Shown in pieces: positions 1-15,064 of a stretch of DNA of 64,000 bases. The DNA is from the human T2T-CHM13v2.0 reference genome, Homo sapiens. A program made the position numbers and the translations under genes. Where the stretch lies: the NCBI RefSeq assembly GCF_009914755.1, contig NC_060926.1. One strand, given 5' to 3'. Position 1 is the first letter of the stretch, and each line of letters opens with the position of its first letter. The notes beneath the pieces were generated by a model that was given only the letters and a program-made list of their open reading frames with translations, did no database searches and was not told the origin of the DNA.

Positions 1-912
1 TTATGGACTGATTGCTCCTCATTCCTGATACTTAATTGTTGTCATGGGAATTCTGTCCATCAGTATCCTGGGGTGGATACCTTATTTTGGGTTCTGCTGC
101 CTTCCTCTTCAATGCTGACTGCTTCTTTTTACCAAAGCACAGTTACTTACTAAACAAGGATACAGCTCTCATTATCTTTGATATAAAATGTATTTACATT
201 TACATATACATGTAAAACTCTAAGTTTGGATAAATCAGAAAAATTTGAATAGGAGACCCATAATCTGAGGCCACAAAATAATTGGCCACAGCAGTTGCCC
301 CAGCGGCTCACAAAGGGTTTTCCGACATGTCTCAGAGAGTATCATATTCATCAAGAGGAATGGAGAGGCAGGCTGGTGAAAGGGGCTTATTCTCATAACC
401 CACGACTGAATCAAATCATGAAAAATTGTCAAAGATCTATAGGGAAATAAGTCAGATCCTGCAAAATGATTTATGTGTTCCTATGCCTTTGGCCTCTAGT
501 GGAGAGCCTTGTTCTGCTTTATGAGAACTACACTTAAGTCCCTCAGGCCCTTGCCTTTCTTATTCCTTCCCTCAGCTTACAGTGCCTTGCCCTGTAACAC
601 TCCCTTCTTCTCTACCTTCTGGAAAGCTTTCTCTTCCTTAAGGCCCCGTTCATTATTTCCTTTCATTATCAGACAAAATTAATTCCTGGTTTCCCTGTCC
701 TCTCATGCCACCTTCTTAATAACTGTGTACCCAGCATACATTTTAAAACACAATCTAGACGTAGAGACATTTAATTTTCTGTCTCAAATAAAATATTTAA
801 TTTTCTTTCCCTTTAGTAAGAGGGAAAAGCAAACAAACAAAAACAAAATCAAAACCTTACTCTCACCCTTTCAAGATAACTGAGTCGCTTTCTTTTCAAA
901 ACTTAATTTCCT

Positions 913-1201
913 GGCTAAGTGCAGTGGTTCACACCTGTAATCCAACAATTTGGGAGGCTGAGGCAGGATGATTGCTTGATGCCAGGAGTTTGAAACCAGC
1001 CTGGGAAACATAGCAAGACCCCATTTACAAAAAAATACAAAAACTAGCTAGGTGTGGTGCTGCACACCCGTAGTCCCAGCTACTCTGGTGACTGACCTGG
1101 GAGGATCACTTGAGCCTAGGAGGTCAAGGCTGCAGTGAACTATGATTGTGCCATTATACTCCAGCCTGGGCAACAGAGTGAGACCCTGTCTCAAAGAAAT
1201 G

Positions 1202-1227
<26 letters not shown>
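913..1227 (+). mobile_element. AluJ SINE
   Basis: Dimeric Alu with J-type diagnostics (GGATTGCTTGA, AGGTCAAGGCTGCAGTG), poly(A) to 1227, degenerate TSD AAAACTTAATTTCCT / AAAACCTTTAATTTTCT. Confidence 0.93.
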
Positions 1228-1233
<6 letters not shown>

Positions 1234-1329
1234 ATTTTCTGCATTTAACTCACTGTCATTTAGATATGCCGTAAGTATTTCATGGTTTTTTCCTCCTCCC
1301 AACACCCCTCTCCCTGCCACGGTGTGGGA

Positions 1330-1460
1330 AGCTCAGGTTCTACTCTTTACCATTCTCTGTGTGAAATTCAACTGACTTCTCTACCTCTGTGGGCCTCAAT
1401 ATTGGACTCTATACTATGAGGAAGTTAACTAAAAGATTTTGAAAGCATCTTCATGAATGA
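1330..1460 (+). mobile_element. MIR-family fragment
   Basis: Degenerate MIR core (ACTTCTCTACCTCTGTGGGCCTCAAT...). Confidence 0.5.
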
Positions 1461-1994
1461 AAAATGTAAGCTTCTCAACAAACATATTGACTATAATATT
1501 GACTATACATTGGAGAAATCAACACTTAACTTCCTTAATTATACAGACTAGGACAATTTTAGACAACCCATTAGCCTTCTTAAACTTCCTTTGGCTGATA
1601 TGTATGCAATGGAATTTCCATCCATTTTCAAAGAACTACATATAACTTCTCAAACAGGCTTTCAAATCCACCACTATGTTTCTTTGCCTTCCTCCACTAA
1701 CCTTGGAAGTGACTCCAATCTTCTCTAGGACCTTACAGTAAAATTCCTACCCCTATCTATGGATAAAATGCTCTTATTAATTAGGCCTCTAACTTCATCT
1801 CCAAACTGCCAGATGCTACATACATGTCATCTCCATGCTCCAGTCGCAATTGCCTCTTTCTCACACTTGTACTCACTTCAATGATGTGTCTCACCTGCCT
1901 CTTAACTTCCCTTTTCATTCTCTTCGTCTTAGATTAAAGATGAACTCCTTAGAGACGCCTCCCCTAACCACACTATCTAAAGTATATTATCTGG

Positions 1995-2290
1995 AGGCAG
2001 GCATGGTTCACGCCTGTAATCCCAGCACTCTGTGAGGCCAAGGAAGGAGGATCGCTTGAGCAAAGGAGTTCGCTACCAGCCTAGGAAACATGTTGAGACC
2101 CCATCTCTACAAAGAATCTTAAAAATTAGCCAGGTTTGGGTGCACATTCCTGCCGTCCCAGCTCCTCAGGAAGCTAAGTGGGGAGAATCACTTGAGCCCA
2201 GGAGGTCAAGGCTGCAGTGGGCTGTGATTGCGCCACTGCATTCCAGCCTCGGTGGCAGAGCGAGACTCTGTCTCCAAAAATAAATAAATA
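1995..2290 (+). mobile_element. AluJ SINE
   Basis: Dimeric Alu with J diagnostics (GGATCGCTTGAGC, AGGTCAAGGCTGCAGTG); tail interrupted by an AluY. Confidence 0.92.
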
Positions 2291-2294
2291 CGTA

Positions 2295-2581
2295 GGCTGG
2301 GTGCGGTGGCTCACGCCTGTAATCCCAGCACTTTGGGAGGCCTAGGCGGGCGGATCACGAGGTCAGGAGATGGAGACCATCCTGGCTAATACGGTGAAAC
2401 CCCCGTCTCTACTAAAAATATAAAAAATTAGTCGGGCGTGGTGGCGGGCACCTGTAGTCCCAGCTACTCGAGAGGCTGAAGCAGAACGGCGCGAACCCAG
2501 GAGGCGGAGGTGGCAAGTGAGCCGCGATCGTGCCACAGCACTCCAGCCTGGGCGACGGAGCGAGACTCCGTCTCAAAAAAA

Positions 2582-2616
<35 letters not shown>

Positions 2617-2617
2617 A
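2295..2617 (+). mobile_element. AluY SINE with (TAAA)n tail
   Basis: GGATCACGAGGTCAGGAGAT..GAGACCATCCTGGCTAA Y diagnostics, CpG-rich. Confidence 0.95.
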
Positions 2618-3769
2618 TTCATAATATATCATCTCTGGTGTTCTCTTCAATTGCACCTATTTTATTTGCTTCATAAGACTTTAAACAATCTCTCATCTTC
2701 TCTAGGATACCAGTTTCGTAAGGGCAGGGATCTGAACTCTAGTTCATTGCCTGGCAAATATTTATTGAATAAGCAAATGAATAAGCCTCAAAATACATAT
2801 TTTTAAAATACATATACAATTGTAGGAATTTTTCTCTATACTTATCTTGGCTTCAGTAGAAACAAATATCTGGAAAATTGTGAAACTGATGCTAGCATAG
2901 ATAATACCTGTCAGAAACACAACCAAGATTTCTTACGGTGGGAGCGAGTTTTAGGAATCCCATCCTTGAGGATATAAAGAGAGTAGATTTGTCAAGACTT
3001 TAAGGAAAATAATGGAAAGGAGACAGCAGTGCATGAAAAGATATGTCACATTTTTTGTTTTACTTTTTGCTGGAAAAAATGCTGTTATTCTTGGGGCTAA
3101 GACATCTGTGGAGTAAATGGCTTCAGCATTTTACTTTGTGACCTTTGTTTTCTATTTAGCATCATTATTATCCTAGTTGAAACTGCATTGATCACTTGGT
3201 TTATTTTTGCATTTATTCATTTTTCCGTATATTTAATAAATATATAGCTAGCTTTTATGTGGAATATACAGCAGATTGAATTAACTACTATATCAATTCT
3301 TTTTAGTGTAACTTCCTACACTTCTGAGGCTAGAAATAAAAAACATAAAATGTTTAGGCTGGCTTGTAGTTACATTTCTACATTTGATTTAGGTTCTGCT
3401 AAAAACACACTCATGAAAGATTTGGGAGAGCAGAATAACTAATCAGAGACAGTAGTCCTGAGCAAGAAAATCAGATACTCTGTCAAATACACTAATGGAA
3501 GCATTTAGTTATTCTATGACATCTGTGGTAGTGGGTCTGCAATCCAACTCCCGGCATCATCAGTGCCAAGCACCTGAAAGAATCAATAGTTTAGGAATTT
3601 CTCAGTATTATATAGTTCTAGGTAGGCTCTTAGACATCTAACATTTCTAAGGCATGATGTGAGAATTAAAAATGAGCTTGCAGATATTTTGGAGGTTTCC
3701 TACAGCTCAGATTGCTGCAAACTCCTAAGCTTCTTAAACATCCCATCAGCAAACAGAGTCTCTCCTTAG

Positions 3770-4176
<407 letters not shown>

Positions 4177-4299
4177 ATTCTCTTTATTGTCATCATATTT
4201 ATAATTATATATATAACTGGCATATCTCAGGTAATGTCAAACTCAGGAGAAGCCTGACACACCAAAAGAATTGCAGGTTTTGCCAATTCATATTGGCAG

Positions 4300-7070
<2,771 letters not shown>

Positions 7071-7109
7071 CCCAAGAGATTTGTCATCTGATGCTTCAAA
7101 AAATGAGGG

Positions 7110-7930
7110 AAGTGTTTAAGTTTTTCACTTAATTGGGATGGCTCACAGGTTTAAAAATAAGAGTGGTGCTAAGGAAGTTGAATGTGGCAGGATTGGAGAG
7201 AATGGGAGGCAAATAGTGAAGAATGAAAAGTTAGCGGACATTAGAATATGAAGCAGCTTATCACACATGATAAAAAATGTTGTCGTTATTTAGAAGGAAT
7301 GGTAAGGCAGTGGAAGACTTTTTAATCTGTGGGTGAGCAGCATGTTATAAACTCGCTTCCCTTTTTTATAAAAGATCATTCTTGCTGCAGTGTGGAGACT
7401 GGATTAGAAGGGGCAAGTTAGATATGTGATGAAACTGTTTTAGTAACCTGGTGGAGAGATAAGAAAGTCCTGGGTACGCATTGTTGCATTGGAATAGGGA
7501 AAAGTGGATTTCTTCTAAAAATATTTAGGGGAAAGGATTAATCAGACTTGAGGATTGAGTGGATAGGAGAAATGACAGGGAGAAACAGTAGGTAGGTCTG
7601 ACTTCTGATGTGGGTAAAATCTGTGGAGGGTGATAACATTCTATGATATATAGATTACAGTTAGAGGAGCAGAATTTTGCTTGTGAATATGGAAAAGGGG
7701 GACAAGTTGAGAGAAATAATGTGTCCAGTCTTGTATATTGTGATGAGGTGTCAATAGAATGTTGAAGTCAAGATACTTAGTAATCAGTTGGAGACACTGA
7801 GGCCTGACAGGCTTAGGATGAAGAGATGTATTGAAGTCATTGACATACATAAACTGATAAAACCATGAAAATGAATGAGGTAGTACAGAAAGAGTGAGAG
7901 TAAACTAAGAAGACCTAGAAGAGAACTTTA
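7110..7930 (-). mobile_element. L2 LINE fragment
   Basis: AAAGATCATTCTTGCTGCAGTGTGGAGACTGGATTAGAAGGGGCAAG is the antisense L2 hallmark. Confidence 0.75.
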
Positions 7931-9289
7931 ATCAGTTACAGAGCCTATTAGGTTCATGTTTCTAAACCACTCATTGAGACGCATTACTACCAAAAGCAGA
8001 GCTGACAGTTGTCTTTCACTAAAGATTTCTAAAATGTCTAAAATTTAAAAAGGCTAAATAAAATATGCATACTTCATGTAATGTGTCAATACCATTGGAA
8101 CCTCTCTTTTGCTGCCTACCCAACACAATGAGAAAGGAATTTTTGCTTTATTGAATGTGGTTTTAAAAATTAGTTTAAAAGGTGCACGAGAGATGTTCTA
8201 ACTAGACTGAGCAGGTTAAAACCAATCAAGAGAGCTAAAAGAAATCATGGAAAGTTTTGTACTTAGCATGCATAGCTGCAGAATCAGGTTGGCAGTATTT
8301 CCTCATAAACAACCGCTTTACCTCACTATTCTGGGCATTTTTATCTTACTCTCTGGAGGACTATCTTGTATGAATGTCAATCTGAAGATTTCACAGCTGC
8401 TGCAGAGAACCCTTTCTGAGTGTAATAATGCCAATACATAGTATTCTTATGAAGTCTCCTGCAATATCTACCTGACTGTGCCTTGTCAAAACAGCAGAAG
8501 GAAATGTGTTAGCTGTGCTGTTTTTCTGTTACCACAAAATCAAAATTAGTAGCTCATATAATAACACACAAAAAAAGTACTGTGGCTAGGAATATGTGTC
8601 TCTTGCTATATTCAGCTTGAATTTGACATCAGTCTCTTCTACTTAAAATGGCTTTTTGTCATCCTGGTGTCTATCTTCCAGATTTTTATTAAGTTTGAAT
8701 GTCTGTGTTTTTCAATTAAAAACTTACCATATTTCAGAAATACCATTAGATTGTTTAGATTTTTCTACCATACTTTTTTCAGAACTAAATAATTCTAGTT
8801 ATTTGTTTAATTCAAAAACTACCTCAATAAAAACAAGATTATATCAAATATTCTTTAAAATAGGACCTAACATATGGTAAATATCAAACAAATAATTGTT
8901 CATAAAGCATCTGATGAGTTCACTACAAAAGTATAGTTTCCTCATTTCTCACGTATTATATTAGGAAAATTCCAACATACCCTGTGATGAAGTTATGTAA
9001 AAATAGACACTCTCATAAGCAGCTGGTGAAAATGATCCATGGTACAGCCCTTCTGGATGAGAAATGGCAGGTGAGTGTTTTAAGAAGGAAAAACTGACAG
9101 CCATTGGCAGGTTAAATTGTAGCAGAAGAACATTCTCAGCAGGAAAGCCAGAGAAAGGGCTCTTACAACAGTCTATGTAGGCATAAGAAAGTGGAAATGT
9201 TGTTTTTAGCGATGATCTTTTTTTGAAAAAAGATAGAAGTTGAATTTTGGAATAAAGAGAATGTAGATCAAGGCATAAGAGAAGGAGAA

Positions 9290-9460
9290 ATTTGATGTCT
9301 CAGATACCTGGGTCTGAATGAGTTCTGCCATTTACTAGTTGCTTTTTTATGAACAAGTTAACGACTGTAAACCTCAGTTTGCTACTTCATTAAGCAAGGA
9401 TGCTATGAACTATTTGACGATAGTTTTGTAAGACATCATGCCTAATGTAGAATGTAAATA
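9290..9460 (+). mobile_element. MIR
   Basis: CCTGGGTCTGAAT..TCTGCCATTTACTAG..AACCTCAGTTT MIR core. Confidence 0.7.
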
Positions 9461-10422
9461 TGAGCAACTTTTCTTGCCTTTTGATGATTGTTTTCCAAAT
9501 GAGACAAAGGAGGAAAGAGCCAAGGGGAGAAGAAGGAGAAGAAATTGACCCTAGAGACTCCAGCCCAAGACATAGAATTCCATTTACTGAAGCATGATGG
9601 GCACTTCTAGAAGCTTAATATGTGACATTCTTAGTACATCTGTGAGACTCTGGCCCTTTCAAACCAAATCAAAGCATCCTTTCAGTATTCTTGAAAATAC
9701 AATTATTCTTCCATTTAGAAAGCTACCATGTACCATGTCAGCACAAAATACACAGTCACAGCAAGCTTTTCTCTGAGATTTCAGCATGGTGGAATGGCTT
9801 TTTATTTTTATCCATAAAAGTATGAAATGGTCTCTGTAAAAGTCACTGCTATAACTGACTGCACTACTGGAAGGCAAGCTACCTTTCAAATGGTTTTACT
9901 TGGACCGATTCCCAGTGATGTTCCTCAAAATGTACCATTGAGGAATCCACACCTAATAAGGACTTACTATGATGAAAAAGAACACAGACAGCTGGAAATC
10001 ACTTTATTCTGAGTCGCTTACCTCAGCTCAGAGCACAGTGCTTTTGAAACAAGGCACATGCTTCTAACCACAGACTGCCAAGGGATTTTTGATTCAGGTC
10101 AGTGCTTGCTTTCCCCTTCACCTTATTAAGGAAAAAAGAAACAGAATTGGGAGGTTTCCATTTGTTTGCCACTAGGTGATTGGGCATCTTGCTGAGGGAA
10201 AAAGACTTGTGACTCTGCAACAATTATTCATTTGCCAAGGTTGCTGTAATTCTATGGGCTATTTCAGTTTCCCATAAATTTTCTATTTCTGAATGACTTT
10301 GTCCTCTAGAATGTATATTATTATGGCCACCATTCTTACTCTTAAATATGCACAAGGTATCGCTGTAGATGTATGTTCTTCAGTGAAAGCTGAAAATGGT
10401 CTATCCCTTAAAGCCTTACTGT

Positions 10423-10560
10423 CTTTCTTTTCTTTCTTTCTTTTTCTTTCTTTCTTTCTTTCTTTTTTCTCTTTCTTTCTTTCTCTTTCTTTCTCTCTCT
10501 CTCTTTCTTTCTTTCTCTCTCTCTCTCCCCTCCCTCCCTCCCTTCCTTCCTTCCTTTCTT
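10423..10560. repeat. (TTTC)n/(TC)n/(TTCC)n polypyrimidine microsatellite, expanded FLAM tail
   Basis: Directly visible pyrimidine-only tract adjoining an Alu monomer. Confidence 0.95.
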
Positions 10561-10672
10561 TTCTAAGAGACAGACTCTTGCTATGTTGCCAAGGTTGGTC
10601 TCAAACACCTAGGATCCTCCCACCTCAGCCTTTAGAGTAGTGGGACTACAGGTGCACACCACAGTGTCTGGT
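10561..10672 (-). mobile_element. FLAM (free left Alu monomer)
   Basis: GAGACAGACTCTTGCTATGTTGCCAAGGTTGGTCTCAAAC...GGGACTACAGGTGCACACCAC; monomer only. Confidence 0.85.
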
Positions 10673-10769
10673 TTCTTATTGATGTATATTACCATGCTGC
10701 ATGACTGTGGTCTGTGTTCTAGACTTCTAATGAGTTATACAGTCCAATTCCACATTTCTGAAACATGAT

Positions 10770-10890
10770 GGGAGGACATCTGCATCAGAACCATCAGAGT
10801 GCTTCTAAAAATGGAAATTCATAGACCTCACCCTAGCAATTTGCATTATAACCCCATTTCCACAAGATGAAACCATGCATCCAATGCTTG
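10770..10890. mobile_element. MER5-family hAT fragment
   Basis: TGCATCAGAACCA..GTGCTT..AAAAATGGAAATTC MER5-like. Confidence 0.5.
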
Positions 10891-11503
10891 AAGAGACTTC
10901 CTCTTTAAATTAGGTTAAATTCCTTCTGAGCAAAGTCAACAATCTGTCTAAGTGAACCTCCAGAGGGCCGGAAGGACTTACCAGGGGTAGTTAGAAATGC
11001 TCTCTCAGTAACTGCAGACATTACATGTGTATGTACATGTAGGCTTCTATATTATTTAGGCCAGTCTGATCACTAGAAACATCCTTAACACTGATCCAGA
11101 ATGCTGCTTTGACTTAAGTGGAAAATCTCATGGATACAAAAGGAATAACGTTCATGCCAAAGCCAATTTTCCTTTGGCTTTTAGCACTGATTGTGCTGAT
11201 ATGGTAAAAGGGACCAAGAATTCCACAAGAAGCAAATAAATCAGATTCTAATTATAACTCTTCTTGATAGACCAATTACACATAGATTTTCTTGGCCATT
11301 CATGTGTAACAGTCAGGAATGAGTATATCTTCACTGCCTTGCTTACCCTTAATTCCTATTAAAGACTGACACTGGAGATTCTCTAGCAAATTAGGAGTTA
11401 AGCACTGCAGCTTTTTCATCTACTTTCTCAATCAGTAAGTGAGGTAGACTGCTTAGTAACGTAGGGGCAGTGGCTGCAATTTTAGGTTTCTCACAAATAT
11501 TTC

Positions 11504-11714
11504 AGACCTGTGTTGCCTAAAATGGTAGACACTAAGCACATATGGCTATTTACATTTAAAGTAATTAAACTCAAATAAGATAAAAAGAATTCAGTTCCTC
11601 AGTAGCACAGACATATTTTAAGTGCTCAGTGGCTACATGTAGATAGTGACTACTGTATTGGATAGCACAGATAAAACATCTCCATCATTGCAGAAAGTTG
11701 TTTTAGACAGCTCT
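11504..11714. mobile_element. MER3 (hAT-Charlie MITE)
   Basis: ATGGTAGACACTAAGCACATATGGCTATTTACATTTAAA...TTCAGTTCCTCAGT...TCCATCATTGCAGAAAGTT. Confidence 0.8.
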
Positions 11715-12304
11715 GTGCTCACACGATTCTGTAAATCAATGTGAGTCTTCTTCAGGAAAATAATTGGAAGGTACAATAGGGAAAGAATTTATTTACTGTT
11801 TGTTTAATGAATTAACTCTAACAGGATAAGAGAGTGTGTCTTCAGCTAGTGTAGTAAGAGTTGGTCATCCCTAGAAGAGAGTAGGGCAGGAGAGGGTAGT
11901 ACTTCATTCTGAAGAGCTCGGTATCAGGTATGTAAACAGAGCATCAAGAAGAATCACAAGGATCTCTTCTTATCCTTTTCTTTTGTGTAAAGACATCAGA
12001 GTACACAACTAAGAAAAGGAGATAGATATTAAACATTTATGCAACTTTGGGTCTCAGAATATATGAGAGCAAAGATGGATTTTTCAATTTACAATCACTT
12101 TTACTTCTCAATCTTTTCTTCTATTATTCCCCTGTGAAATTTCCACTCTCAGTTCTCCCAACTCACATCACTGTTTTCCTGTTTCTTAGCTTTTACTTGT
12201 GCTCTTTTCCTCTCTTAACATTCAATTTTTAACATTCACTGTCTCCTTCATTTCTTTCTTTAAAAGTTCAACCCATAAAAATCTATGCTCTTATATATTT
12301 AAAA

Positions 12305-12711
12305 ATTAATTAATTTACTTGTTCAATGAACATTTACTTAAAACCTACTAAGTTTCATGACCTTATAAAAGACAATCCTTTCTGTCAAGAAGCCCATACA
12401 CTGTTTTCTACTAGTGTAGGGAACAGAGAAATAAACAGCCAATTTGAATACTCTATTGTGTTTTACAATATATGATTCAAAGACTGTTATGAGTGAACAG
12501 AAGCTGGGGAAGCCAGAGCAGCTGCCCTGTCTAAATGATATTTCAGTTGAGTTTCAAAGGAAGGAATTAGAGGGAGAGAGATTGTCATGTACAAGTGCAC
12601 CAAGGCATGCAGGAGCATGGCAACCTCGCTGATGCCCAGGCAGAAGTGGGTGGTCATGAAGTTAGAACAATGAACAACCAGAACATAAAGGGCTAATGAG
12701 TCTAGCTAAAG
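12305..12711 (-). mobile_element. L2 3' fragment
   Basis: TTCAATGAACATTTACTTAAAACCTACTA antisense L2 tail and downstream L2-like sequence. Confidence 0.6.
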
Positions 12712-12725
12712 AGTGTGAGTTCAAA

Positions 12726-12936
12726 TGAGAACACATGGACACAGGGAGGGGAACATTACACACCAGGGCCTGTCAGGGGGTGGGGGGCAAGGGTAGGGAG
12801 AGCATTAGGACAAATACCTAATGCATGCGGGGCTTAAAATCTAGATGACAGATTGATAGGTGCAGCAAAACACCATAGTACATGTATATCTAGGTAACAA
12901 TTGCACATGTATCCCAGAACTTAAGGTGAAAAAAAA
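12726..12936 (+). mobile_element. Extremely 5'-truncated L1PA (about PA8-PA11) 3'UTR
   Basis: L1 3'UTR with G-rich tract, short poly(A), perfect 14-bp TSD AGTGTGAGTTCAAA (12712-12725 / 12937-12950). Confidence 0.92.
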
Positions 12937-13272
12937 AGTGTGAGTTCAAAACTATGTTATATAATGTATCACACATACTGTAGTGCCATCTCAACTTAAA
13001 GTCATAAATTCAGAAAATCCTGAAATCTGGATGTTCTGCACTGATAGTTTTTCAGGAATCTATTTCCCATTATTTTAAATGTGCAAATCAATAAATTATT
13101 AGACATTAACCTCACACCTCACACCCCATTCCCAAAAACACATACGTATTTTACATACCTATACATAAGCGACTTTTATGCCTGTATAAATAGCATTTTA
13201 TGATTTAAGATGTTTTCAATTTTGTTTCCTAATTACCAAGCAACAAATAAGGTCTCAAACAAACAATATTTT

Positions 13273-13600
<328 letters not shown>

Positions 13601-13879
13601 AAACAATATTTTTCAAAAAGTTTATGTGATTGTGACATTCTACTAGTCGTATTGGAATGAAATTCAAGACCTTTTCCACAATTAGTTTTAGAAAAATGCT
13701 GTCTTGAGTTTTAGAAACAGAATGATAAATATTTTCTATATAAATACCAGCAGAAAACATTGTTTTAAAGATACACATGTTCTGTGAAGTCTAGATATTA
13801 AAAATCAAGAGAATTTCTTCCTGAAAAACACTGTCCCAGGAGATGTTCTATAGAGTGAAGCTGAATATACAAATGAATA

Positions 13880-14800
13880 CATACTGTTTAAAGTAATGAT
13901 GATGAAATTAACATCAGTGTAACCATCATCCAGCCCTCTACCATTTCCCTCTCCCTCTTCACTCTGAAGTAACCACTGTGCTGATACTTTGCAGTTTAAC
14001 TAAATACTTATGCATCCCTAAATAATATGTTGTTTACTTTTATACATTTTGAACATTATAGAAATGAAAGCCTACTGTATGAATTACTATGCAGCATTAG
14101 ACTTTGATGTTGAGGTGTGCAGTTGGGATACACTAATTTTTCACGATTATGCAAAACTATGCATTATATGTATAATTCAAAAGGTATATTTTCTGTTTTT
14201 CTTTTGTTTCTGCTTTGTTTGTTCCTCCAAATTATGTTGCTATAAACACGATTATCCATTCTCCTGGTGCATGTATGTGAAATTTTATTTTGCAATTATG
14301 ACTTGAAGTAGAATGGTTAGACCATAATATATTTGCAGCACTGAATTTACTAGATCGTAATACATATTTTGTGGGTGAATGCAGTAGTTAATGCTCTTAA
14401 AAGCTGTGTATATAAATTACTGTTACTTCATATACTCACTAACTTGGGTTTTTTACCAATATTTTAACCTTTGTCAAATCTGTATTGCATATGGTATATG
14501 ATTGAGATTTTTGTTTGTAATTCCATGACTATTAATGAGTTTGAATAACTTTTCATGTTTACTAACTATGACTCTTATGAGCTATTCTTCTACATGTTGT
14601 TTGCATATTTTTTCTATTTTTTGTTACAATTTTTAGGACTTTTTGTCAAATACATTTATTTTTTGAGGAATTTGAGGCTGTAAATTTCTAATTACTTTAC
14701 ATATATTCCACAAATTTCAATATGCAGTATTTTTTAACATTTACTTCCATATATGTTATAACATCCATTACATTATCTTCTTTGACCTATGTGTTCTTTT
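13880..14800 (-). mobile_element. Old L1ME/L1MC fragments
   Basis: T-rich antisense L1 3'-region-like sequence (e.g. TTCCATGACTATTAATGAGTTTGAATAACTTTTCATGTTT). Confidence 0.55.
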
Positions 14801-14804
14801 AGGG

Positions 14805-14831
14805 GTGTGTGTGTGTGTGTGTGTGTGTGTG
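14805..14831. repeat. (TG)n microsatellite
   Basis: Direct. Confidence 0.95.
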
Positions 14832-14959
14832 ACTGTATTTGATTTTTTAATATTTTAACATGAATTGTCTGTATCTCTAAACAATATATTTTTCAATGTT
14901 GTACTTACTTTTGGTGAGGATTCTGATTATTTATAAAAGGCAATGTATTTTCAAAGTAG

Positions 14960-15064
14960 TCAACATGGATTTGAACCGCAGTTCCATCACCAGTGTGACT
15001 TCGGGCGAGCTATTTTATTTCTGACATTCAGTTTATTCAGTTTAAATTGGGAATAATAGTAGTT
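14960..15064 (+). mobile_element. MIR 5' half (3' half at 17574-17680), split by Tigger1
   Basis: GGATTTGAACC..GTGTGACTTCGGGCGAG..AAATTGGGAATAATAGTAGT resumes as ACCTATCTCTTAG..AAATGAGATA after the Tigger1. Confidence 0.75.

Larger units (their letters stand above)
1840..2785 (+). mobile_element. L2 3' end, split by two Alus
   Basis: L2-like pyrimidine-rich sequence on both sides of the Alu pair, ending in the L2 tail TATTTATTGAATAAGCAAATGAAT. Confidence 0.6.

Noticed and set aside
235-470. Minus-strand 65-aa ORF with acceptor-like sites
   Set aside because: No recognisable protein similarity and no convincing donor.
9068-9076. Perfect donor CAG|GTGAGT (also AAG|GTGAGT near 18289)
   Set aside because: Adjacent to or within L1-derived sequence, with no supported acceptor or partner exon.
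10293-10640. Low-complexity F/S/L and K/E/R ORFs
   Set aside because: Artefact of the microsatellite.
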